From NCBI GenBank assembly GCA_051362555.1, contig CM120645.1:6200001-6264000 (forward strand): 64,000 nucleotides of DNA, given 5' to 3'. This DNA is from Lingula anatina. Its lineage: Eukaryota > Animalia > Brachiopoda. Under the pieces are notes generated by a model. That model searched no databases. It worked only from the letters and a program-made list of their open reading frames with translations, and was not told the origin of the DNA. The translations under genes were made by a program, and so were the position numbers. Numbering within the stretch: position 1 is the first letter of the stretch; every line of letters begins with the position of its first letter. Positions 1-12,500 of this stretch are shown here, piece by piece.

Positions 1-462
1 ATGCGACTGGTTTTAAATAATGACAAGCCAGAATTACGTGAATGTTAAACAGTACGTCTGACAGCTGAACATAACACAGAGCAACCTCAGGCAGTTCAAA
101 GTCATTTCTTAAAGTAAATAATTAGGTCTCTTGATTTGAAGTTGCACACACGACAACATACATTTGCATAGATGTGTTTGACTTATGACCTTCGCATTAA
201 AAATGCTAACAAACTATAACACAGTTTGCCTCATATATGTAAACATTCACACTAGATCAACATTTACCTTTCATTCTATTTTGAGTTCTGTCAAAAACAA
301 GTAAAAAAAAAAAACCTTACCCCTGGATTAAGGGACATTTTTTATAACTTCAGAAAAACACAAACATGTTAAACATGTCCAAAGGACTCTTGTAAAATGA
401 AGTAGCAGCCCTTTCAGAAAAAGCTTTCCATCAACCTAAACCTAATTCATCACCTTACCCAC

Positions 463-666
463 CTCGTCGCAAGCAGCACAGCGCGGCTTGAGATTCTCCG
501 CATGATGTCTGCCGCAGTACACGTGCGAGTCCTTGTAGAAGTAGATCAAGTCGACCAGGAGCTCCTTGCACGTGAAGCAGATGAAACAGGCTGGGTGCCA
601 GCAGTTACTGTGGCCAGCTCTGGAGGCAAATACTGCGATGTCTCCTCCCTTGATGGTCTCCTTACA
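463..666 (-). CDS. prickle: prickle coding exon 4 (LIM1 and start of LIM2)
   Basis: TTTCAAG| [68 protein letters not shown] |GTGGGT; 204 nt. Confidence 0.96.
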
Positions 667-748
667 CTTGAAAGAAAGAAAGACGGGATTAGATGTCTGT
701 TTACATATAGTAAATAAGAAATGTTCTTTTTTCTGCCATAGTCTTATT

Positions 749-796
<48 letters not shown>

Positions 797-3560
797 ACAC
801 ACATGCGTGAGGGCATGCGCACATTTCCTATCAATAACAGTACCAATACCAAAACTGCCACACCTTCAATCTTCTCCTAACCTGAGTGACAGTGATATAC
901 TGCACTCATTCACACACAGACATCATCACTGACGGAGTCTCTCTCTGTCTAGAACTAGTTCTGAAACTACTGCTCTTTACCTGCTGTGATTGCTCTCAAA
1001 TCACAAAATCGTCGTCACATTTCACACCTTAAAACCGAAGCCAGAAGTTACAAAATATGAAGCATTCTATGCTACATAGTAAAATACCTTATCCAAACAA
1101 ATAACGTAACACCTTGCTAATTCCTGCTCGGAAAGAGTAGCTGTAAAAGGTTACAGGAATCGACATAACCTACAAAGCTCACTTCATTCAGTGCAACACA
1201 CGTCAAAGTGCAGCCTTCAGAAATTTGAGCTGCCCTGCTTGGATAAGTTTCTAAAGACCCAAAGTTACGTTATTTTCTAGTTTTATGAAACAATCAGTCG
1301 GCTGATCCTGGGGCCCCATTATTAAACAGAAAATAAACAAACAAATCAGACCCCAATCTTTAAAGAAAGAATGGTACGCTTCAGAAGAAAATTATTCAAG
1401 TGAACAGGGGGTAAACTTCAATCATGATTTGACTATATTACTGCCCTCGGTCTCATTCACAGACCTGGATCACTCAGCCTAGCTCTTTAAACAGGTAGAT
1501 TTTATTAAGAGAGGAAGAAAGAAGTTTTACAAAATACATTCAATGTAACATTTATTGACTCCAAATGTTTATTGTCAGGTGTTTTGTCCAACACTTCATT
1601 TGTAGTACAATTTTGTAAGCAAGCAACCATTTTATGGCAGGCGACCTCATAAACTTCTCCTAATCGGTTAAAAAGCCCGCACACTTCCAAGACTTCTGAG
1701 CATTTCTTTTTATGGCAAAGCTCAAGAATACCAATTTTAGACCAAATAGTTTTATGACGTTTAACAACACATGTTGCCTTAATCACTTCCATATTGTATG
1801 TCACTCTAGTCAATAGTAAATCTTATGCATTTAAATTACATGGTCACATTCTGTGATTACCAAAAGCAGTAAAATGCTTCAAATAACTTGACAAAGATTG
1901 AATTGTACAGGAACAGAAAAGAGCAAATGTAGTTTTTAGTGGGGGTCAGGTTTGGATGACCTAGTTGTCGTAAAAAAGAGATAAATCCATGCCCCACTGA
2001 CAATCTCTCTCTTTTTCCTTCTCTATTTCAGATCTAATTTCAGGTAAGTGAAAAACTGTGCTGTTTTTTTCCACACATGACTAACATATTGCACTCTAAG
2101 GTTATCCAGTTTTTACGTTCACATTTTATAACGTGGCAACAATATTTTCCAAGCTCTGCCTTCCTCATGTTGCATGTGGATGTTTTTTATTCAATATGCT
2201 GTGTCGTTTTTTTTTTTTTTTTTTTTTGCTCTTTTTGATAATCTAGACACTTGGATACGCTTTGTCCTAGATTTATTACCTCCTAAAAAAGAAGCTTTAA
2301 GTGCCGAGACCTGCTGAGAAATAGGCAGGTGAGATGAGGTTGAGAATATCAAATGTAGGGATACCACCTGTACTGTAGCGCATCCTCAACTTTTTTAATG
2401 AAGGGAGAGACGTACAGGGGAAAATAAATAGCGCTTGCATTTCTTGCTTGCAATGCTGACAATATATGTTAAGGGAAGTCTCCCCACTCACACACGCATG
2501 CTCACGTGCACACAAAACAAAGGTAGTGTCATCCCTGCCCTCCAATTCTTTTGGGTTCAAATCTGAGATTTTTTGTGAAAATGCTTTGTTAACATACCTC
2601 ATAACAGGACGTCCCCTGCATTGTGAGAGGTAGAGGACGCACACTTCCTCTTCCCAGCGCCTCTCTCTTCCTCTGGGTACTGAAGAGGCGCAGCTCCTTC
2701 CTCTCCTCCTCGCTGAGAGAATTACAGTAGCGTATTTCATTGTCGTGAGGGGGAAGCTGCTGCAGAAGTTGCTTTATTCTGTATTTTTCTCCAACACTGT
2801 TCAAATATGGTACTCTGTCTTCAGGAAGGGCGCTCATATATTGGTGAACCTACAAAGAGTAAGATTGCATTTTTGATGCCAATTCTACGAGATCACTTAA
2901 TTATATATACAACGCATTGCTGTTTTAAAAGTTGGAAAAATGCTGATATTGCCTGTGGTTGAACAATCCTACACGGTGATTTTAGACATTTTTCTACATA
3001 AAGCTTTAAATTATACTTATGAATGAAGAGGAAAAGAGACAAAACAGTTTATCGCAAAATTGTGAAAATGAATAATTAATCAAGGTTAGAACTGCAATCT
3101 CAATATTTTAGTATTTAGCTATGGGGTAAATACCTGTCAAGTATGTTTACACATATTACAAGTATGTACCTTATAATCCAACTTTGTTGTGGCCCATTAA
3201 CTGACATATTGCACAACAGAGGAACTCTTTAATCCTTTAACCCAAGTTACTTATCACTAATTACCTGTACTTCCAGCTCAGTTCGACCTAGTCGACTAAT
3301 CACATGTCAGTCATAATTCCACTCTAGTGTATAAGCATTGTTATTCAGATCAATTGAGAACAGGGAAAATTCCACATTATAATTTTTCTGAGATGGAGGG
3401 GGGAGGGGGGGGAGCTGTATCACTTACTAGGGTACTTTTTGGAGAAATAAATGAAAGGACACAAGAGTGGAATTCCAATTTGGAGCCATTGTAGAAATTC
3501 TAGATGTTGTAATAAGGTTAAAATTTCACCACAAACTTGTAGCAAAGCTGCTTTTTTCAA

Positions 3561-3594
<34 letters not shown>

Positions 3595-6500
3595 AAGAGA
3601 GAGAGAAAGAAAGAAAGAGGGGGGAGAAAGAGAGAGCATCTATAAAGCAACCACAAGAGCGATAAAAAACTGATGAACATGGCGACAACAGTAGACAGAT
3701 GTGAAAAGTGAGCAGCCTACACCACATCCATCTTTCCTTTAATTACAAAGTTCAATTGACGGTGAAATATCACTGTTGGCAGACCATATGGTGAATGTGA
3801 CTAACAATGTAAGTCAATTTGCAGTGACTGGCAACTACAGAGTAAGTATAGATAACATGCCATAATTTATTGTGCTGCGAGGGTTAGTTACTATAACCAC
3901 AACCATTTAGTACAACAATGTAGCATCTTTCACAACTAAATTCCTAAGTTGAGGTGAAACCACTTTTTGTATATCAAATTCAACTGAGGTTGTTAATTCA
4001 ATTTGAGTACAATGGAAAAAAACAGAAAAAAAATATACATATGGGCAGGAAAAATAACATGCAGAGAAATGACGTAACGCTCTAAATATTTATCCCCTTA
4101 AACATTTTCTTTCTACCTCTGGCAGAAAACAAGTGGAGTAATGGCGTTATACTCCAAACACGTTAACCCCGTAACAGTCTCTATGTATCTTGACATGTGT
4201 AGGCTAACAATTTGCTATACACAGGTAGCAAATCCATGACTAAACACGGAAATCAACAATAAATCCTTAATGATCTTATTACTAACTGGGCCCAACAAAA
4301 AAAGAAACCATTAGTCACAATTCGGAACTATTTTTTGAAACAACACCGCACTCACAGCTTCAATTCATACAGTAACATAGCTGGGCCAGGTAAGATAAAC
4401 TCTGCACGCTCCCCCTTTGTTAGGGGCCACCAGGTGTGCTACTTTATATCCGCCACCTTCAGGAATGTGCACAGAAAGTGAGTGTCAAACAAAATATGGC
4501 AATATTTGGATTTTTTTCCAGAAGGTCTGTTTGTAAGGGCAAGTCAGTGTGTTGACGCAGGGGTATGACACCAATATGACACCATGCCAATCACCTCCAA
4601 CGTGACCCCATACCAAGCACAGTCGAGTACACTACTAACACTCTACTGTGCCCCCCTTTTACACTGAATTTTTTGCATACTTCGACTCAGAATTCATGGT
4701 TAATTTATCAGGGTACAAGACGTAATTTTTTTTCATAAAATGCTCTCAGACCAATAATGCAATGTAAACTTCATGTTGGCAGCTATCTGAATTTAGCAAT
4801 TTAACCCCAAGCCAACTTATTAGAATTTATGTGAAAGATATACTGGCGATTGGAAGTTGGTCTTTGTAATGAATCTGAATTTTTTGGCCTATTTTATTAA
4901 CTTAATCTCTATCAAGTCTGGTATGGAAAGGTAGATGCTAAGTTACATAAAACATTGAAATTTGGAATATTATAGGGCATAGTTGAAATGAACTGTTCGT
5001 TGACAAGTGCTTTAAACTACACCACAATGTATTACATGTGCTTTTCTATTAGTGTGAAAGACTTCATATTTCTCATAAAAAACTCTTGAACAATATCACA
5101 ATGTCTACTTTACTCTGCACACAACATACAGTATATAAAAAAATACAGAACACACAAGTTTCTCTGTTTTTGGATAAGGATGAAACTCTTGTGAGACAGC
5201 CCCAGTACATCTGCCTTACATCTTCCAGCTGTAGAAAAGAATACATTATGTATCCCGTAACAAATCTCACAACACATCCATCAAGCAGAACCGTGGGCCA
5301 CCCACCACATGAGAAAGATACCAAAAAGATACCATTGTGCAACTCCTATCAAACAATCAACTTCTGTGTATTGCCATCTGGCATACTGAGAGCAGCAAAA
5401 TTCATGCTGTTTTTTTTTTCATGGCTTGACCAGCAAGAACAGGTTCCATGATTCTGCCGTAGAACTCATCTTTTCATGAGTGAGAGCAATATGTAATTGA
5501 ATCTAATATTGAATCTTATTACAAAAAGAAATACTTTGAATAGTGTCTGACATATTAAATAATTAGTATCAAAATATTTGAAATACACCCCTAGTGTATC
5601 ACATTATTGCCTTATTCCAAGAACCAGCATTTCAGGCATAATTTATAATTGGTCATAAGATTATACAAGCTTTACATAGGATCTTTCAAATTTTTCACCT
5701 CATAAATTCACAAATGAGGTCCAAGCTTCCAAGAAGGCCACTTTCACCAAGGTGATTTATAACCAAGAAAGCTGACATCTGTTCTTTACAGAGGTCATCA
5801 CTCCAAGAAAGGCACAGGTCACACTTTCCATGTCTGTCAGCTTTCAGTGGCTACTTATCCCATGATTTATTGCTCTCTGACTCTTTTTGATTTGTACTGG
5901 TGAAACAGACAAATCTTCTAAAATGAGGTACTCCATCTAATATGATTAATTGTTTTCAACTATTTTGCAATGACATAAATGACATAGAACCTTTAAATGA
6001 TTCCACTCTGTCCACATAATTTAGAGTCAGCCTCAAGTGACATACTCAGAAACAAAGTTATTTTATTGCCCTTCAAAAGCTTTCTTCCACAAAATTTACA
6101 GTAAAAATCCTAAGCTATCTTATATGATTTATTGTGTTCAGCTTCAAGTGTCAGCTCATCCATGACCTCCCCCACTTCCAGGTTAATTACCACTGATGAT
6201 GGATGTCATGACAAGGCACATTACAGGACAGTTCAGACAAGGATCACTGCAAACTGAAAATCTGAAATAACTTGGGTCTTTATCTTAACAGGATGTGTTC
6301 ACACAAACCAGTAGTTGTGTCATCCTTCTGTTCCAAAATCACTAAACTTATAGTTTTATAAATGTCAGATGCAGTAGGAGTTACTATGTAATCTAGTCAA
6401 CTGTTGGCGACAATTAGCCAGTTTCAGTCTAAGTTAGTGCTGGTGTAAATGCGCCCTGATACACCTGCATCCTTCTACTAAGGTTAAGTTTTATGAGGTC

Positions 6501-9500
6501 AGTCATGAACCATAAATTCTACATTAATCCACTTCCCACTTAGCACTTCTAAGTTGAACTTAACTGGATGGGTTGGATCATATAAGATCACCCTCGCATT
6601 TAAAAGAGCACTATGCCTTTTTTTTACCCAGCATACAGTTTTAGTCACATGAACATATTCTGGTTCTGGAAGTTTTGAACAGACTGAAACTCATGGTGCA
6701 TAATTAAGTTAATCATATCTTATTTCAAGTATTATTATTTTTCACTGGACTATATATTTTAAAGCCTTCACCTGTATCATGACTGTAAATTGCTTCTTGT
6801 TTTTGGTGTGCATGTTTCTACTTATCATTGGAATAGTACTTGAGAAATGTTCATACAAGGGCATCAATTTGAATATACCAAACCTAAGTGAATATGATCA
6901 TATGGGTTCTTTGACTATGATGAATGTTATTACAAACCAAATCTGGAGATAACATATTTTATAACCAATGTAATGTTAAGTAATAAGTTTGCCCATAAGT
7001 TAGCAAATGGTCACACTGGCAGGTATTCCATTTTTTTCAACACCGGCCCCAATATCAAAACAATTCCAGATAAATTGATTTTAAACTGTATAGTTGCTAT
7101 ATACTCCCCTTCACTGCTTTCAGTTAATTTCCTTTCAAAATCAAATCCATCATTCTTAGCTGGCATAGCCTGAATAAATACCTTCTGCTCAGGAATTCTC
7201 TCACACTCTAAATTTAGAAAATATCTTCAAAAGAACTGTATACTACGAGTTAAAGGCCTCTTTACAATTCTCTGATAGGAGACAGAATTTTCCTCAAAGG
7301 GGGAGATAAATTAGGCCTGTGACCTTAATTCATTCTGACCCATGCACCATCAAGTTACCTCAGGTGGTCTGCAATTAAGAGTCCACAAAAGGCATGTTCA
7401 GACCAACAATTTAAAATGGCTGGTAGTAAAAGGTCACTGGATGACCAGATGAATTAAGCATTGGGAGATACGTGCAGGCTGAACCCCCCCCCCCCCCCCC
7501 AAAAAAAAAAAAGTACATAGGTTGCAAAGCAACTGGTTTATTTAGATTCCTTATGCTGTACCTTTAAAAATAAAAAATAAATGATGAATTAAAAACCAGC
7601 AGAATAACAATTATTCAATAATACAAGAAAGAGTACAAAAATTGATCTGAAGAAGTAACTGTTAACCCAAGTACATATGTTCAGTTTAAAGTAACTGAAA
7701 TATTTTTATAAGGCAGATTCTATTTCTTGAGAACACAACACACAAGGGTGACATAGCATTTTTTCAGTCACATATCTATTTTTTTACAGTACCATACAAC
7801 TGAACTGACAGAAATACTAAATTCAATCATTTTTTTCTAAAACCAAAATTGAAGGATCTCAAGAATAAGGTAATTTTTAAAAGGATTAAGTTGAGAAAAG
7901 TTAATATCCATATGACCTGTCTGAACATCGCCTGACCAAATATGGATCGTTTTTTATTGGTTTCTTTTTTCTTTAGCTCAGTGGGGCACTTGTTACTGTC
8001 TGCTGCTTACATTAAGAATAGATGAACTAATGGCATCTCCCAGCTGCTACTGTTACAGTGGCTATCTCACTGACCATCAAGAAGAATCACTTCACAAATT
8101 AGCCCAAGAGCCCTCCAGGTGATTCTTTCCTGTTTTCTTCCTACTCCCGTGGTCATTTTCAATTAGCTGACCCATCACACAAGATCACTATCACTACCTC
8201 TCCTTATTAGCTGACAGAAATACTACAAGAAGGTTAAAACACCACGAGAGGTGTGGCAACAACTGGGTAGTCTGATGGCAAACTTTAAATATTTTTCTTT
8301 CCTTTAGTAAAGGTTACATTTCTCTTTTAATCACTAGATATAATACACATGTAATAAACTTCAAATTAACCCTCCTTTCCAACATCTTTCTGCTCCAATG
8401 AGCCATCAGCTCCATATCAAATAAATCTGTTTAACCTTATCATACATATCCTTGTACAGTATCTGTGAAGTAAAAAGACTGAGCAGAACCTTCTTGTGTT
8501 GAAGTCTGCTGTGCTGCCACGGTAACCATGCAGACTGATAAAATTTTTTTAAAAGTTCCCCTAGGGGGAGCCATGTTGGTAGGTTCTGTTGTTGTCTGGT
8601 ATCTCCACCTGGAAATGTCTGGTATGTAGAGAGAGGGTTTGGACTGACAGACACACCAGACAGCACTGTGTGAAAACATGTGTACACCAGACTAGGTACA
8701 TTAAACAAATCTGGCAGACGCCTCCACCCTCAAGATTTAGCCATGTTGTATGTCTATACTGTGTTTTATCACCCCCATCCCATGCCTCCCCAGATTTGGT
8801 GTTAATTTTTTCTGCTTTGTACAAGACACTTTGCAATCTATCTTTTTATTCAGCACTGCCTTGTACCCCCTTTGTACCGATATTTGAATCGGGGCGGGAG
8901 GGGGGGATTTAAGAATACCCTACACTCCACTGATGTGATAACCCAACCCTTCCTCCCCCACTACCCACCCACCCAAACATGAGAGACCATGTTCCTCTGC
9001 CTTGTCTGTGTGATAAGTAATTATTTTGCACCTGGCAATGTCTGGTATGTAGGCCTGAAGGTGCAGACGCCAGGACCTCCCCATCCTTCTTGTAACAAAC
9101 ATCTCTGAGTGCAGACTCTTTACTTACTAATTAACAACAACCAAAATATGCTGGCATGTAAGGTGGAGGGTTAGTGAAAGGTGATGCCTTTTTTTTATAA
9201 ATGTTATATAATGAATTCTTCTATGAGTTGCCAGAATATGCTTATAGCTATTTAGCAGTGCGAGAGAGAGAGAGAGAAAGAGAGTTAAACTTAGCTCTGT
9301 ATATCCAAGCCTATGTTCTAACTTATATTCCAAGGCACTAAATTTCTAAGCTTTTCTCTTTTTTTAATATTCATTGTTGATATATTCCCCAGGCTAACTT
9401 TAACTTAATTATAAAAGAGTGAATCAATGTACCTGTGGGGGATATCCTTGTTAACTCACAATGGAGTGATGACATTGAGATTTCAAAACACAATATTGCT

Positions 9501-12500
9501 TGACAAGAAGATAAACATTTAAAAAGAAGGTGAAAACCATTTTCTTTTTCAGTGTCATGCTCACTTGAAATAGGAGCAAAGATCACACCAAAAAAGAAAG
9601 AGAGAAATGGAAAGTTTCACTGTAACAATGGTAATGTAATATATTGCCGTTCACTGATGTCAGACATATAATGCATCATCATCTTCATCATAGTCATCAT
9701 CAAGTCACGCAAACTACCAGACATTGTGAAGGACAGTGTATGCCTTTGGCTGTGTGGTTAAGTGCTGTGAACCATACTGCACCAGAATATAAAGCATCTT
9801 GAAGGTATAAACATGAGATGTAAATACAAGGAAATAATTTCAGAACCTGGTTCAAAACCCTTACGTCACGACTCACCAGGCTATCTAGAAGGATCTACCC
9901 GACTTCTACTAAAAGATAACTATGCATAAGAATGCTTGTTTCTGCTATACCACAAAATAACCAAAGGGCACCTTGAATTAAACCCTGACTCTCATAGTTC
10001 CAATGTTGACGCCTCCATATATTACAATTTTCTAGCTATCATCTTACAACCACTGAGTTTCAGGGTCCTAATGATGATGATGATGATGATGAAGATTCCT
10101 CTACCTAATAATCCTGCAGTGATTTATATAGGAAAGTTTCTCAATTCACTACTATAGATCCAGAATCTCAGGCCATTTGACGGAGACATTAACATTTAGA
10201 GTGCATTCCCAGAGATTTAGATTGATCTGGAGATTTAGATTTATATCGACCTAACTCCCTGGGGGTTCACGCTAAATTGCAGTCAGCCAAGCGCGCACCA
10301 TAGTTAATTACCCCCTTACAGCTTTTAGTAGGCGGGGCATGAATTTAAGCCTGTTAAGCTCTCACCAATCTAGTGAGACTCCCCAGGGGGATAGATCGAT
10401 CTAAATATCTATGAGAATGGGGTCTTAGTCTCCATTCTGATTCTGTTACTCAGGGTACCCAAAGATGACAGCACACAAGTACCTGCTGGTTGAAATATCG
10501 CCTTATTTGTGACTATATCATTTTCTGTCTCTCTCACACACACCTTACCTGAAGCCCAGTGGGACACAAACGCAAATTGTCAGATTAAAGAAATCCAGAT
10601 TCCATATATACATTAACCCTGCTGGTTGACATATCGTACCATTTTACAATACATTGTTTCCACCTCACACCTACCAGTTTTGTGTCAGGTATAGTGGATT
10701 TGAACACATAAAATTTTTCCCTTTTGTAGGTTGGAAATTCCATTTTTCTGCCTGCTTTACCTTTCTGACCTCATGCAATAAAACATGTCATATTTAACTT
10801 ATGGTTTAATTCTAAAAATACCAAAGGTTAGATATAACATATTCAAGTAGATTATTACCCAATCGGATTTAAACCCTTAGAAGTATCCAGGTTTTGCACT
10901 ATATGCCATTTATGGCAGACAAGACCATGTTTTAATGTTCTACTTGAGCCTTTCCTCACCTTGTTCAACCCATTTATTTAAGACTTAAATAATTTGGTTT
11001 TAAAAAAATCTACATACCAAAAAGTCAGCTTTAGGCCTATATTTATGGTTAACCAATTTAAGCCCTCAATTTATGCCTTATTTCATCTGGTTTATGCCCT
11101 TTATTTATGTACAACCTGATCTGGTTAAAATTTCATACTCAAGCTAGAGTTCAATCCCTAAATTTATACCACAAGTACCTAACCTGGGTTTAAATATGAA
11201 CACACTCTTACCTGATCTTGTGTTAGATCCTCTTTTTATGATCTAGTTGGTCTGATTTAAGCTCTCAATCTAAACATCACTTCATCTATTTAAAACGTAG
11301 ATATATATGCCTTAATTTATCTTATTTTAAAGAATAATAAACTCTTACCTAATCTGGTTTAAATCCTCTATTTATGCCCTAGTTGGTCTGTTTTAAGCCC
11401 AAAACTCTCAACCTATCTTACCTGATCTGGTTTAAGGCCTGGTGGGACCCAGGTATACTCCTCCAGAGCACAGCCACTGTCATCATCAGACGCAGAGTTC
11501 CGCTGGAAGTCCTGGATCAGCTTGCTGAGATTTTTCTCTTGGTCCGAGGTGACAATTTCATGTGATTCTCTTGGACATTTGCAATTTCTGCAAATTTTTC
11601 TGAAAAAAAATTAATACATTTTAGTGCCTTATAAATGAAAAATTGAATTGTTACACACAATTTTTCAAAGGACTCTTCAAAAAAAAAAACTTTTTCTGAA
11701 TGAACAATTTGTTGAAGCATTTTGCACAACACCAAAAGTAAAAAAAAGAATAATTTAATGCTGAAATTTACAGACTCCATAAAACTAAAACATTAATCAT
11801 AAATAACAAACATAATCAACTGTGCACAATACCACTTTTCCTCACTATTAACTACTGCCCTCTTTATTTCACTTAATCTTCCCCTAAATCCATAAGTGCC
11901 ATAATGAATTGTGACACCTATCACTCACAAAATCCAGCAATCATTCACTCATCTATAATTAATTAATCAATTAATACATATTCAATCTGCTACTACTACT
12001 ACTGAAGGTAATCAATAACTATATATGCACTGGTATTACTTGTAATCAATAGTTTGCCAATTATTTTATTATTTCAGCTGATGATGGATCTAGGCAATAG
12101 CGGATAATAACTATAGGGATTAAGCAGAAAGTCGATGTGGCATTCTTTAGTGCAATTTTAAAAGAGGACCTAATGCCTCACTTTCTGGACAATCACTAGA
12201 AGTTTGAACAAGCTCAATAACATTTAGAGATGCCCACCTTCTACTGATGAAGTGAAAAACAGGTATTTTGCCTGAAGTCAAATGCTAAATTTTAGACAGA
12301 AAAGAGCGAACTTTCATTTCTCTCTACCCCCCCCCCCTTTACACACCCCTCAAACAAAAAACCTGACACAGTATCCACATTTTTTCTTTCTTTCTGGTCA
12401 AAATCTAAGCTTCAATGAATTTCCATTCTTTAACATGGACAAAATAGAGTAATGTCTTTGTATTCAGCATATTCATACAGTAGCAACAGCAACTGATGAG

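Noticed and set aside
3420-3680. ORFs with HTHTHT, ERERER or CVCVCV runs (also at about 750, 32400, 44500, 44900, 55650, 59270)
   Set aside because: They are translations of dinucleotide microsatellites.
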